Shown: piece by piece, positions 48,304-57,653 of the stretch
Numbering within the stretch: position 1 is the stretch's first letter
Layout of the letters: every line of letters starts with the position of its first letter
Origin: Desulfuromonadales bacterium
Lineage (GTDB): Bacteria; Desulfobacterota; JAENJC01
NCBI GenBank assembly: GCA_919902985.1
Contig: CAKKSC010000022.1
Coordinates: forward strand, 3,436 to 67,435
Length of the DNA: 64,000 bases
Direction of reading: 5' to 3'
The notes under the pieces: generated by a model
Databases searched by the model: none
Told to the model about the DNA's origin: nothing
What the model saw: only the letters and a program-made list of their open reading frames with translations
Position numbers and translations under genes: made by a program

Positions 48304-50265
48304 ATGGATATGTCCAAATATAAAAGCATGTTTTTAACTGAGGCCAGGGAACATCTTGGTAATATGAACCAGGTTGTGCTTGTTCTGGAAAAAGATCCTG
48401 GAGACAAGGGGAATATAGACTCACTTTTCAGATCGGCCCATTCAGTTAAAGGCATGGCTGCATCCATGGGTTATGATGGTATAGCTGAGCTTAGCCATAA
48501 AATGGAAGATATGATGGACAAGTTTCGCAAGGGGGAGATGCCTATAACGCCGGAGGCGACCGACATCCTTCTGGAAGGAGTTGACGCCCTTGGGCAGATG
48601 ATAGATGCGGTGGAGCAGGACAGGATATCTGATGTGGATGTCTCCAGGACAATAGAACGGATAAAGGGGTACGGGGCACAAAAGTCAGTGGTCAGTCTGA
48701 ACCCTGCTACTGAAGTCGAGCCACCGGCCACTGACTACCGGCCACTGACCACCGGGTTCAATATCTCCATAGAAATCTCCCAGGACTCTCCGGCGCCTTC
48801 TGTCAGGGCCGTCCTGATACTTAGAAAACTAAAAGAGCTTGGAGAGGTCATATCGACAAACCCTTCCGAGGCGGACCTGAAAGGCAGGAAGTTGTCAGGG
48901 CCGTTGTCTGTTAAGTTTGTATCTGACACGGCTCAGGAGAAGATTGAAGAGGTTGTCAGGGGGATGGGAGAGGTGTCTTCCCTAAAGGTCGAGCCTCTGA
49001 AAGATGAGGTTCAGGCTCCTGATTTTAGAACTCCAATCGCCGCTCCCCAAAAAGAATCGGTGAAAAGTGAAGCAGAGGAACCGAAGGGATCGAGACCCGA
49101 AATCCCTTCAATAGGGCCTTTGCAGCAGACCGTTAAGGTCAATACCGCCCTTCTCGACTATTTTGTGAATGCCATTGGCGAACTAATCATAAATAAGTCC
49201 AGGCTCCATGATATCTCACGGGGGATACCTTCCAAGGAGTTAAGTGATGGGCTAAACCATCTTGACAGGCTTGTAAGAGACCTGCAAAACCAGGTGATGA
49301 GCGTCAGGATGATGCCTATGGAAAGCTTAATGGAGAGGTTCCCAAGGATTGTCCGGGACCTGGCCAGGAAAGAGGGGAAAGAAGTCACTCTTAACATGGA
49401 GGGGCAGGACATAGAACTGGACCGTTCCATTATAGAAGGACTGGGAAATCCTCTGATACATATAATCAGGAATGCTGTGGACCACGGCATTGAACTGCCT
49501 GACGACAGAAGGGCCGCCGGCAAACCTCTCCCTGCCAAGATTTTAATAAAGGCATCCAGGGAAAAGGACCAGGTTTTCATAGAGATATCCGATGACGGAA
49601 AGGGAATGGACCCTGAAAGGCTTAAGGAAGCAGCAATAAACAAGGGGCTGATAACCCCTGAACAGGCAGCAGGGATGAGTAAAAAGGAAGCGCTCCTCCT
49701 TACATGTATTCCCGGCTTCAGCACGGCCAAGGTCGTTTCCGACATATCAGGAAGAGGCGTCGGGATGGACGCCGTGAAGTCGGCAATAGAGCCTATCGGC
49801 GGCAGTATTGATATAGATTCCAGGCCGGGGGCAGGGACAAGGATTACACTTAAGCTCCCTCTGACAGTCGCCATAATCCAGTCCCTTTTGATTGAAGCCG
49901 CCCAGGAGATATATGCCATTCCGATAAGCAGGGTGCTGAAGACTATGGAGATAGACAGGGATACTGTGAAGACCAGTCAGAAGCAGAGTCTGATAGATTT
50001 TGACGGCTTTCTTATACCTCTCCTCAGCATTAGGAAGATATTTACACTGCCGCCCTTGGCAGGGCAGGCCAAATTTATACCGGTTGTAGTCACTGAGGTT
50101 AAAGGTAAGATCGTAGGACTAGTGGTAGACAGGCTGGTTGGACAACAGGAAACCTTTATAAGGCCGCTTGGAAGGCCCCTCAACAAGATAGGCGGCCTGT
50201 CCGGAACCACTGTCCTCGGTAACGGCCGGACCATTTTTTTATTGGATGTGGGGAATATAGTATGA
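48304..50265 (+). CDS. cheA: Chemotaxis histidine kinase CheA
   Basis: FRSAHSVKG Hpt, HIIRNAVDHG, GRGVGMD, CheW domain. Confidence 0.96.
   Translation: MDMSKYKSMFLTEAREHLGNMNQVVLVLEKDPGDKGNIDSLFRSAHSVKGMAASMGYDGIAELSHKMEDMMDKFRKGEMPITPEATDILLEGVDALGQMIDAVEQDRISDVDVSRTIERIKGYGAQKSVVSLNPATEVEPPATDYRPLTTGFNISIEISQDSPAPSVRAVLILRKLKELGEVISTNPSEADLKGRKLSGPLSVKFVSDTAQEKIEEVVRGMGEVSSLKVEPLKDEVQAPDFRTPIAAPQKESVKSEAEEPKGSRPEIPSIGPLQQTVKVNTALLDYFVNAIGELIINKSRLHDISRGIPSKELSDGLNHLDRLVRDLQNQVMSVRMMPMESLMERFPRIVRDLARKEGKEVTLNMEGQDIELDRSIIEGLGNPLIHIIRNAVDHGIELPDDRRAAGKPLPAKILIKASREKDQVFIEISDDGKGMDPERLKEAAINKGLITPEQAAGMSKKEALLLTCIPGFSTAKVVSDISGRGVGMDAVKSAIEPIGGSIDIDSRPGAGTRITLKLPLTVAIIQSLLIEAAQEIYAIPISRVLKTMEIDRDTVKTSQKQSLIDFDGFLIPLLSIRKIFTLPPLAGQAKFIPVVVTEVKGKIVGLVVDRLVGQQETFIRPLGRPLNKIGGLSGTTVLGNGRTIFLLDVGNIV
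48684..48755. repeat. TGGTCAG/CTGACCA heptamer element in frame in the cheA P1-P2 linker
   Basis: GTCAGTGGTCAGT ... CCACCGGCCACTGACTACCGGCCACTGACCACCGG; 17 nt identical to 37170-37186. Confidence 0.8.
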
Positions 50266-50266
50266 G

Positions 50267-50297
50267 GTAAGGGGCGGGTTTGATACCCGCCTATAAC
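50267..50297. repeat. Degenerate REP-like palindrome
   Basis: GTAAGGGGCGGGTTTGATACCCGCCTATAAC. Confidence 0.5.
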
Positions 50298-50305
50298 GGG
50301 GTTAT

Positions 50306-50908
50306 ATGAAACGGCTAAACGAAAGCGATCTCGATTTTCTCAGGGAGCTCTCCAATATAGGTGTAGGACACGCGGCTACAGCCCTTTCCCAGCTTATCGG
50401 AAGGCAGGTAGGGATGAGGGTCCCGAAAGTCAGTATAGTAGACCTGGCGTCAGTTCCCGAACTAATGGGTGGGAGCGAAAAAATTGTGAGCGGTGTTTAC
50501 CTCCAGGTATTAGGAGATGCCAGAGGCGCTATCCTGCTGATATTCCCTGATGACAGCTCAAGGGCACTGATAAGCTTGCTGCTGAAAAGAGTTGACGAGC
50601 CTCTTTCAGAGATGGGAGCATCAACACTCAAGGAAGTTGGAAATATCCTTGCATCTGCCTATTTGAGCGTCCTTGGGAACATGCTTGATATAACCCTGAT
50701 CCCCTCGATCCCCTCTCTGGCCCACGACATGGTCGGCGCAGTAGTAGATATTGTATTATCCGATCTGGGCGAGATTGGCGACACTGCATTTGTCTTTGAG
50801 ACTGAATTTTATGACATGACTAATGATATAAAGGGGCATTTTTTCCTCCTTCCTGGCCCTGACTCCATAGATGTTATAATGAGAGCCATCGGGAGCAAGA
50901 ATGGATAA
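50306..50908 (+). CDS. cheC: CheC phosphatase
   Basis: ELSNIGVGHAATALS and EVGNIL motifs. Confidence 0.92.
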   Translation: MKRLNESDLDFLRELSNIGVGHAATALSQLIGRQVGMRVPKVSIVDLASVPELMGGSEKIVSGVYLQVLGDARGAILLIFPDDSSRALISLLLKRVDEPLSEMGASTLKEVGNILASAYLSVLGNMLDITLIPSIPSLAHDMVGAVVDIVLSDLGEIGDTAFVFETEFYDMTNDIKGHFFLLPGPDSIDVIMRAIGSKNG

Positions 50909-51398
50909 GGTAGTGGTCAGAATAGCGGATTACAGGATTGCTGAGGCGCCGGCAACCCTCGTCACTTACGGTCTTGGGTCGTGCGTAGCCGTTGCCCTCT
51001 ATGACACTGAGACAAGGATGGGCGGTTTATGCCATATAATGCTTCCCAGCAGCTCCAAAGCAAGGGATTCAGGGAACCCAAAAAAGTTCGCCGACATCTG
51101 CATCTCCGAGATGTTAGAGGATATGGAGAATAGAGGCTGTAATGTGGACAGGATGGTGGCCAAGATAGCCGGGGGCGCCAGGATGTTTGATCTCCCGAAC
51201 AAGGAAAAATCATCTTCTATAGGGGAGAGAAACCGTGATGCAGTATTGATCGAGCTTGCAAAGAGAAGGATCCCGCTGATTGCGGAGGATACCGGCGAAA
51301 ACTATGGACGGACTATGGAGTTCCACCTCGGGAACGGTGATATGCTGGTAATATCTCTGCGTGGCGGAACAAAGGTGTATAGAGACGAGGCACTATGA
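50901..51398 (+). CDS. cheD: CheD chemoreceptor deamidase
   Basis: GLGSCVAV, HIMLP, AKIAGGARMF, IGERN. Confidence 0.93.
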   Translation: MDKVVVRIADYRIAEAPATLVTYGLGSCVAVALYDTETRMGGLCHIMLPSSSKARDSGNPKKFADICISEMLEDMENRGCNVDRMVAKIAGGARMFDLPNKEKSSSIGERNRDAVLIELAKRRIPLIAEDTGENYGRTMEFHLGNGDMLVISLRGGTKVYRDEAL

Positions 51399-52147
51399 AT
51401 GTTAATGTATTAACAGAACTCCTGGATGGCGTAAAAAACGGGACCGTTTCAACCGAATCAGCCCTGTCCAGGCTTAAGGCGCTCCCTTTTGAGGACATGG
51501 GTCAGGCCGTAATTGACAGCCACAGGGAGTTGAGGCAGGGGTTCCCAGAGGTCATCCTCGGAGAAGGGAAAAGCACAGCGCAGATAATAAGCATAATCGA
51601 AAAACTGCGTTCCAACGGCTCCAGCATCCTGGCCACCAGGATTGATGCTGCAAAGGCGGTAGCGATCATCAAGGCAGTCCCATCTGTTCAATACAACAGC
51701 GATGCCAGAACCCTTACCTTTATGGAAGGAGAGTTTAAAGAAAAAGGAAAGGGTATCATCATGGTGATATCCGCCGGAACATCAGATATCCCTGTTGCGG
51801 AAGAGGCCGCAATTACGGCCTTTATGATGGGGAACAGGGTGGACAGGCTTTATGACGTTGGAGTGGCCGGTATCCATAGACTCTTTTTCCACAGGGAGCG
51901 TATAACCTCTGCCGGCGTCCTGATTGTCTGCGCCGGGATGGAAGGCGCCCTCCCGAGCGTTGTGGGAGGGATAGTGGCCAGACCGGTCATTGCAGTGCCT
52001 ACGAGCGTTGGGTACGGTGCCAGCTTTGGCGGCATCAGCGCCCTTCTCGGGATGCTCAACTCCTGTGCCCCTGCTGTAACGGTGGTGAATATTGACAATG
52101 GCTTCGGGGCAGGTTATGCGGCAAGCCTGATAAATAGAAAAGATTGA
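51395..52147 (+). CDS. larB: Nickel-pincer cofactor biosynthesis protein LarB
   Basis: R.GFPEVI..EGK, AGTSD, DVGVAGIHRL, AVPTSVGYG, NIDNGFGA. Confidence 0.95.
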   Translation: MNVNVLTELLDGVKNGTVSTESALSRLKALPFEDMGQAVIDSHRELRQGFPEVILGEGKSTAQIISIIEKLRSNGSSILATRIDAAKAVAIIKAVPSVQYNSDARTLTFMEGEFKEKGKGIIMVISAGTSDIPVAEEAAITAFMMGNRVDRLYDVGVAGIHRLFFHRERITSAGVLIVCAGMEGALPSVVGGIVARPVIAVPTSVGYGASFGGISALLGMLNSCAPAVTVVNIDNGFGAGYAASLINRKD

Positions 52148-52148
52148 T

Positions 52149-53375
52149 ATGATAGCATACTTTGATTGTTTTTCAGGTATCAGCGGTGATATGATTGTGG
52201 GGGCCTTCCTGGATGCCGGAGTTCCGTTTGAGTGGCTGAAGGATGAGCTGGAGAAACTCTCACTGAAAGGATATAAGCTGGGGGTAGAGGACGTTAAACG
52301 GGGAGGAATAGGAGGGAAGAAATTCCATGTAGAGACCCCCCCCCTCAATCCCCTCCTTAGTAAGGGGGGGGTAGTTGAGAGAAGACTTGGAGACATAACG
52401 GGGATAATCGAGAAAAGCACCCTCTCGAAAGATGTTAAAGAGCTGAGCATTCTGGTATTTCAAAGACTTGCCGGGGCAGAGGCAAGGGTACACAGGATCG
52501 GGGTTGACGATATACACTTCCATGAGGTAGGCGGAGTAGACTCCATTATTGATATTGTGGCAGCATCCCTGTCCCTCTCTTTTCTGAAAATAAAAGAGGT
52601 TTATGCATCAGAGATTCCAGTGTCTCACGGCATAATATTGAGTAGTCACGGGAGGTTGCCTCTGCCCGCGCCTGCCACGATGGAGCTGCTGAAGGATGTC
52701 CCTGTTTGTCAAAGTTCAACAACAGGCGAGCTTGTGACACCAACCGGTGCAGCCTTTCTTTCCGTAGTATGCAAAGGGTTTGGTCCCATCAGACCTATGA
52801 GGCTTAAAGGTATTGGATATGGGGCTGGAGAAAGGGATAATGAAGGTCTTCCGAACCTGCTGAGGGTAATGATTGGAGAGCCACCCCCCCTCAATCCCCC
52901 CCTTAATAAGGGGGGGGCGAAAGGGGGGGTAGAGGTTGACTCCGTCATGGTCATAGAGTCCAACATAGACGACATGAGCCCTGAGATTTACGGTTTTGTC
53001 ATGGAGCGGCTCTTTGATGAGGGGGCGCTGGATGTTTCTCTGATACCTGTCTACATGAAAAAAGGGAGGCCTGGAACCATTGTCCAGGTCTTGTGTGAGG
53101 CTGGGATGGAAAAGTCGCTTGGAGAGTTGCTCCTTAAGGAGACCTCGACAATAGGTGTCAGGTTTTACAGGACGGACAGATTGAAGCTGCAGCGGGAAAC
53201 CGTTGAGGTAAAGACCAGGTTTGGCACAGTAAGAGCGAAGGTGGCAAGGTCTCCATGGGGGAACAAGGCGCGGCCTGAGTACGAAGACTGCAGGAAGGTG
53301 GCTATGGATATGGGAGCTCCCCTTCTGGATGTCTATACAGAAGCTGTTAAGGAGTTTAAGGAAAATGACGAATAG
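52149..53375 (+). CDS. larC: Nickel insertase LarC with two palindromic insertions
   Basis: YFDCFSGISGDM, HFHEVG, GELVTPTGAA, SNIDD, MKKGRPG, PEYED. Confidence 0.95.
   Translation: MIAYFDCFSGISGDMIVGAFLDAGVPFEWLKDELEKLSLKGYKLGVEDVKRGGIGGKKFHVETPPLNPLLSKGGVVERRLGDITGIIEKSTLSKDVKELSILVFQRLAGAEARVHRIGVDDIHFHEVGGVDSIIDIVAASLSLSFLKIKEVYASEIPVSHGIILSSHGRLPLPAPATMELLKDVPVCQSSTTGELVTPTGAAFLSVVCKGFGPIRPMRLKGIGYGAGERDNEGLPNLLRVMIGEPPPLNPPLNKGGAKGGVEVDSVMVIESNIDDMSPEIYGFVMERLFDEGALDVSLIPVYMKKGRPGTIVQVLCEAGMEKSLGELLLKETSTIGVRFYRTDRLKLQRETVEVKTRFGTVRAKVARSPWGNKARPEYEDCRKVAMDMGAPLLDVYTEAVKEFKENDE
52335..52372. repeat. Poly-C/poly-G palindromic element in frame in larC (copy 1)
   Basis: ACCCCCCCCCTCAATCCCCTCCTTAGTAAGGGGGGGGT encodes TPPLNPLLSKGGV. 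Confidence 0.85.
52883..52930. repeat. Poly-C/poly-G palindromic element in frame in larC (copy 2, 48 nt)
   Basis: ACCCCCCCTCAATCCCCCCCTTAATAAGGGGGGGGCGAAAGGGGGGGT encodes PPLNPPLNKGGAKGGV. Confidence 0.9.
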
Positions 53376-54789
53376 AGGTCCGAAGGTCCTGATCGTTGAT
53401 GGAGATAGAGTAATCAGGAATGTAGTCATGGAGATGCTGACTAATTGGGGATATGAGGGGATAGAGGCCGGGAACGGCAAGGATGCCCTGCGCAGAGTGA
53501 TGGTTGATAAGCCGGACCTTATTCTTCTTGACCTGATCATGCCTGATATTAACGGGTTTGAGGTATGCTGGAAAATAAGAAAGGAAATGAATGTCCTTGC
53601 AACACCGATTATCATTTTGACCGCAAGAGGCGAAAAAGATGACATCCTGAAAGGGCTTGAGGTTGGAGCAAACGATTATATAGTTAAGCCCGCAGAACCG
53701 TTGGAGCTTGAGGCAAGGATAAAGACACATCTCCGCATCAAGAGACTGTATGACGATGCAAGCGCAGAGAAAGAAGATCTGACAAGGCTCCTGGAGCTAT
53801 CCAAGGCAGTTTCATCTACCCTTAATTCACGGGACATATTTTATACTATTGTCAAGAGTGTGGGAAAGGTAATAGATGTTGACAGATGCTCCATTGTCAG
53901 GGTTGGAAGGAAGAAGGGGGTAGGTTATGTTGTGACAACCTACGAAAACCCCGGCATAAAGAATCTTGCCATAGACCTCGAGAAGTACCCTGAGATTAGA
54001 AGTGCCCTTGAGGTAAAGGGGACCGTTATAATAGACGATATACAAAACGATCCGAGGATGACCTCCGTGAAAGATATTATTAAGGAACTTGGTTTAAGCT
54101 CCCTGCTGGTTATTCCCATAATACTAAGTAAGGAGGTTATAGGAACCCTTATGCTCAGGATATCCAGAAAGGAAACGAACTTTTCCCCAAGGGAAGTCAA
54201 GCTATGTCAGGCCATTGCCAGCCTTGCAGCCAGCGCCCTGACAAATGCCCACCTCTTCGAATCCGGCGAGATCTCTAATCTGGAACTGGAAAAACTAGCC
54301 ATAACCGATGGCCTGACAGGGGCATACAACCATCGTCACTTTCGCACAAGACTGGACGAGGAGTTTACCCGCGCCAAAAGATACGCTACACCGCTGTCCT
54401 GTATAATGATGGATATAGACCACTTTAAACAAATCAACGATGCATTCGGCCATGCTCAGGGCGATATGGTACTTAGCGAGATAACCGATGTGATAAAGAA
54501 TAATGTGAGGAAGAGCGATATCGTGGCCCGCTACGGAGGAGAAGAGTTTGTGGCGCTCCTGCCAAATACTGATGAAGAGGGGGCCTTTGTACAGGCCGAA
54601 AGATTAAGAGAGGCTGTCAAGGGTTACAGATGTTCTGGCAGAGACAGGTGTATAATGGTAACTATCAGCCTGGGGGTTTCAACCTTCCCGTCTCCAGAGA
54701 TATCTACTGCCGATGACCTGGTGGGTAAGGCAGATGATGCACTGTATAGGGCGAAGAGAAGCGGAAGGAACAGGACGGTAGAGGCATAG
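53365..54789 (+). CDS. REC-GAF-GGDEF diguanylate cyclase
   Basis: DLILLDLIMP receiver, GAF, DIDHFKQIND..GH..GD, RKSD I-site, RYGGEEF. Confidence 0.93.
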   Translation: MTNRGPKVLIVDGDRVIRNVVMEMLTNWGYEGIEAGNGKDALRRVMVDKPDLILLDLIMPDINGFEVCWKIRKEMNVLATPIIILTARGEKDDILKGLEVGANDYIVKPAEPLELEARIKTHLRIKRLYDDASAEKEDLTRLLELSKAVSSTLNSRDIFYTIVKSVGKVIDVDRCSIVRVGRKKGVGYVVTTYENPGIKNLAIDLEKYPEIRSALEVKGTVIIDDIQNDPRMTSVKDIIKELGLSSLLVIPIILSKEVIGTLMLRISRKETNFSPREVKLCQAIASLAASALTNAHLFESGEISNLELEKLAITDGLTGAYNHRHFRTRLDEEFTRAKRYATPLSCIMMDIDHFKQINDAFGHAQGDMVLSEITDVIKNNVRKSDIVARYGGEEFVALLPNTDEEGAFVQAERLREAVKGYRCSGRDRCIMVTISLGVSTFPSPEISTADDLVGKADDALYRAKRSGRNRTVEA

Positions 54790-54800
54790 GAGGTTATTAA

Positions 54801-57653
54801 TTGAATTATAAAGAAACAATAAACCTTCCCTTAACAGAGTTCCCCATGAGGGCGAACCTTAACCAGAAGGAACCTGAACTCCTTAAGGAATGGGATGAGG
54901 CAGGACTTTATCAAAAGATCAGGGACAAGTCAAAGGGAAGGCCGAGATACATCCTCCATGACGGGCCACCTTACGCCAACGGCCATATACACATAGGGCA
55001 CTCCATAAACAAAATTTTGAAAGATATTGTTGTAAAGTCGCGGCAGATGTCCGGCTTCGACGCCCCTTATATCCCGGGATGGGACTGCCACGGCTTGCCT
55101 ATAGAACTTCAGGTGGATAGGGACCTTGGCTCAAAGAAGCAGGGAATGAGCAAGCTTGATATCCGCAGGCACTGCCGTGAGTATGCCGGAAAGTTCATAG
55201 ATATCCAGAGGGACGAGTTTAAGAGACTCGGCATCCTCGGAGACTGGGGAAGGCCCTATCTAACGATGGACTTCGCCTATGAAGCCGCTACAGCAAAGGA
55301 GCTTGGAAAGTTCTTTGAAAAGGGCGCAGTTTACAAGGGCCGCAAGCCTGTCCACTGGTGCTCATCCTGCCAGACGGCCCTGGCAGAGGCGGAGGTGGAG
55401 TACAATGAAAAGACATCGCCGTCGATTTACGTGAAGTTTAAGGTAGGGGCGTATGGCAATACGCCCTTACAAAAAATAGTTGGTGACCGGCATGCCTCCA
55501 TCGTTATCTGGACAACCACCCCCTGGACCATACCTGCCAATATGGCTATATCGGTACACCCTGATTATGACTATTCGATTGTTGAAACTCCCCCCATCCT
55601 CCTTCTTGCTAAAGAAGGGGAGCCGGAGGCGGGGGAGTTCTTGATCCTTGCCACAGAACTCGTCCCTTCCTGCATGGAGAAATGGGGCATTTCAGATTAC
55701 AAGACCATAGCGAAGGTCAAGGGCAATGAACTCAAGGGTATAGTCTGCAGGCATCCTTTTGTCGAGCGCTACTCTGTTGTCGTCACAGGCACCCATGTTG
55801 CCCTCGATGCCGGGACCGGCTGTGTTCACACTGCCCCGGGTCATGGAGAGGACGATTACCGCATAGGACTCGAATATGGTCTTGAGATATATACCCCGGT
55901 TGACAAGGCAGGGAGATTTACTGATGACGTCCCGTTCTTTGCCGGTGAGCAGGTATTCAAGGCCAACAAGGGTGTCATAGAAAAGCTTAATGAGGTTGGG
56001 GCTCTGATAAAGGAGGAGTCCATTCAGCACTCCTATCCTCACTGCTGGAGATGCAAGGGGCCGATCATCTTCAGGGCCACGGAGCAGTGGTTCATTTCCA
56101 TGGAAAGGAACGACCTCAGGAAGAAGGCCATTGATGCAATAAACAAAGAAATCCGCTGGATACCACACTGGGGGAAGGACCGTATTCTTGGAATGATTAC
56201 CAACAGGCCTGACTGGTGTATATCGAGGCAGAGGACATGGGGTGTGCCAATTACTGTCTTTTACTGCAAGGGTTGCGGCGAGATCCTTTCTGATAAGGCT
56301 GTATTCGACCACGTGGTCTCACTCTTCAAAAATGGCGGAGCTGATGTCTGGTTTGATAAGGAGGTAAGCGAGCTACTGCCTCCCGGTTCTAAATGCAAGA
56401 AGTGCGAAGGAAGCGAATTCGAAAAGGAAATGGACATACTTGACGTATGGTTCGACTCAGGGGTGAGCCATGCAGCTGTATTGGAGTCGAGGGAAGAACT
56501 CTCCTCCCCTGCCGACCTTTATTTAGAGGGGAGCGACCAGCACAGGGGATGGTTCCATTCCTCCCTCCTTGCCTCTATGGGGACCAGGGACAGGGCCCCT
56601 TACAAGGCAGTCCTGACCCACGGTTTCGTGGTGGACGGCGAGGGGAAGAAGATGTCCAAATCTTCAGGAAATGTCGTCGCCCCGCAGGAGATAATAAAAA
56701 AATATGGTGCAGAGGTCTTGAGGCTCTGGGTTGCGGCAGAGGACTACAGGGACGACATCCGTATTTCAGAAGGAATAGTCGTCCAGCTCTCCGATGCATA
56801 TAAGAAAATAAGAAACACCTTCCGTTATTTATTGAGTAACATTTATGACTTTGACCCTTCAAAACAGCTGGTGCAGTACAAAGATATGCTTGAGATAGAC
56901 AGGTGGGCGTTGCTTCGGCTCTATACCCTTTCAAACAGGGTTGAAAAGGCTTATAACGATTTCGAGTTCCATCAGATATACCATTCGACCCACGCCTTCT
57001 GCGTAAACGATCTTTCATCCTTTTACTTCGATATCCTGAAGGACAGACTTTATACAGCCAGAAAAGATTCTGTCGAGAGGCGTTCGGCCCAGACGGCACT
57101 CTTCCACATTCTCAATTCAATGGTAAGATTGATGGCCCCCATATTCTCCTTCACATGCGAGGAAGTATGGAAATTTATGCCAACAACTCCCCCCAACCCC
57201 CTCTTTAGTAAAGAGGGGGTGCCGAAGGCGGGGGAGTTTAAAAGAGAAGAGTCCGTCCATCTTGTCTCTTTCCTTAAATCTAACGAGGAATGGAAGGATG
57301 ATGAGCTTCTGAAAAGCTGGGAGATGCTTCGATCAGTCAGGGAAGAGGTTCTAAAGGTCCTTGAGGTGGCCAGAAGAGAGAAGATGATAGGCAACTCCCT
57401 TGAAGCGGAGGTAACTCTTTACGCTCCGGATGACCTCTACAAGTTGCTCAGGGTCTACGAAGGTCAACTGAAATACATATTCATCGTATCCAGTGTCATC
57501 CTCTACAGTGAAGATAGAGGGAAGCCTGTCGAGGTCACGGTAGCACAGGCATCCGGGCAGAAGTGCGAGAGGTGCTGGAACTACGACATGACGGTTGGTA
57601 TTAACGGTGAACATCCGACTGTGTGTGACAGGTGCGTGAGGGCGGTGAGTTAA
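54801..57653 (+). CDS. ileS: Isoleucine-tRNA ligase with three palindromic insertions
   Basis: [25 protein letters not shown]-terminal CERC..CDRC; TTG start with GGAGG RBS. Confidence 0.98.
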   Translation: MNYKETINLPLTEFPMRANLNQKEPELLKEWDEAGLYQKIRDKSKGRPRYILHDGPPYANGHIHIGHSINKILKDIVVKSRQMSGFDAPYIPGWDCHGLPIELQVDRDLGSKKQGMSKLDIRRHCREYAGKFIDIQRDEFKRLGILGDWGRPYLTMDFAYEAATAKELGKFFEKGAVYKGRKPVHWCSSCQTALAEAEVEYNEKTSPSIYVKFKVGAYGNTPLQKIVGDRHASIVIWTTTPWTIPANMAISVHPDYDYSIVETPPILLLAKEGEPEAGEFLILATELVPSCMEKWGISDYKTIAKVKGNELKGIVCRHPFVERYSVVVTGTHVALDAGTGCVHTAPGHGEDDYRIGLEYGLEIYTPVDKAGRFTDDVPFFAGEQVFKANKGVIEKLNEVGALIKEESIQHSYPHCWRCKGPIIFRATEQWFISMERNDLRKKAIDAINKEIRWIPHWGKDRILGMITNRPDWCISRQRTWGVPITVFYCKGCGEILSDKAVFDHVVSLFKNGGADVWFDKEVSELLPPGSKCKKCEGSEFEKEMDILDVWFDSGVSHAAVLESREELSSPADLYLEGSDQHRGWFHSSLLASMGTRDRAPYKAVLTHGFVVDGEGKKMSKSSGNVVAPQEIIKKYGAEVLRLWVAAEDYRDDIRISEGIVVQLSDAYKKIRNTFRYLLSNIYDFDPSKQLVQYKDMLEIDRWALLRLYTLSNRVEKAYNDFEFHQIYHSTHAFCVNDLSSFYFDILKDRLYTARKDSVERRSAQTALFHILNSMVRLMAPIFSFTCEEVWKFMPTTPPNPLFSKEGVPKAGEFKREESVHLVSFLKSNEEWKDDELLKSWEMLRSVREEVLKVLEVARREKMIGNSLEAEVTLYAPDDLYKLLRVYEGQLKYIFIVSSVILYSEDRGKPVEVTVAQASGQKCERCWNYDMTVGINGEHPTVCDRCVRAVS
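55443..55471. repeat. GTAGGGGCG REP-like palindrome in frame in ileS
   Basis: GTAGGGGCGTAT-GGCA-ATACGCCCTTACA encodes [10 protein letters not shown]. Confidence 0.8.
55586..55639. repeat. 54-nt palindromic element in frame in ileS (copy A)
   Basis: AACTCCCCCCATCCTCCTTCTTGCTAAAGAAGGGGAGCCGGAGGCGGGGGAGTT encodes [18 protein letters not shown]. Confidence 0.88.
57185..57238. repeat. 54-nt palindromic element in frame in ileS (copy B)
   Basis: AACTCCCCCCAACCCCCTCTTTAGTAAAGAGGGGGTGCCGAAGGCGGGGGAGTT encodes [18 protein letters not shown]. Confidence 0.9.

Noticed and set aside
53365-54789. Hypr-GGDEF (cGAMP synthase) variant
   Set aside because: It has GHAQGD with the canonical Asp rather than Ser, so an ordinary c-di-GMP cyclase is more likely
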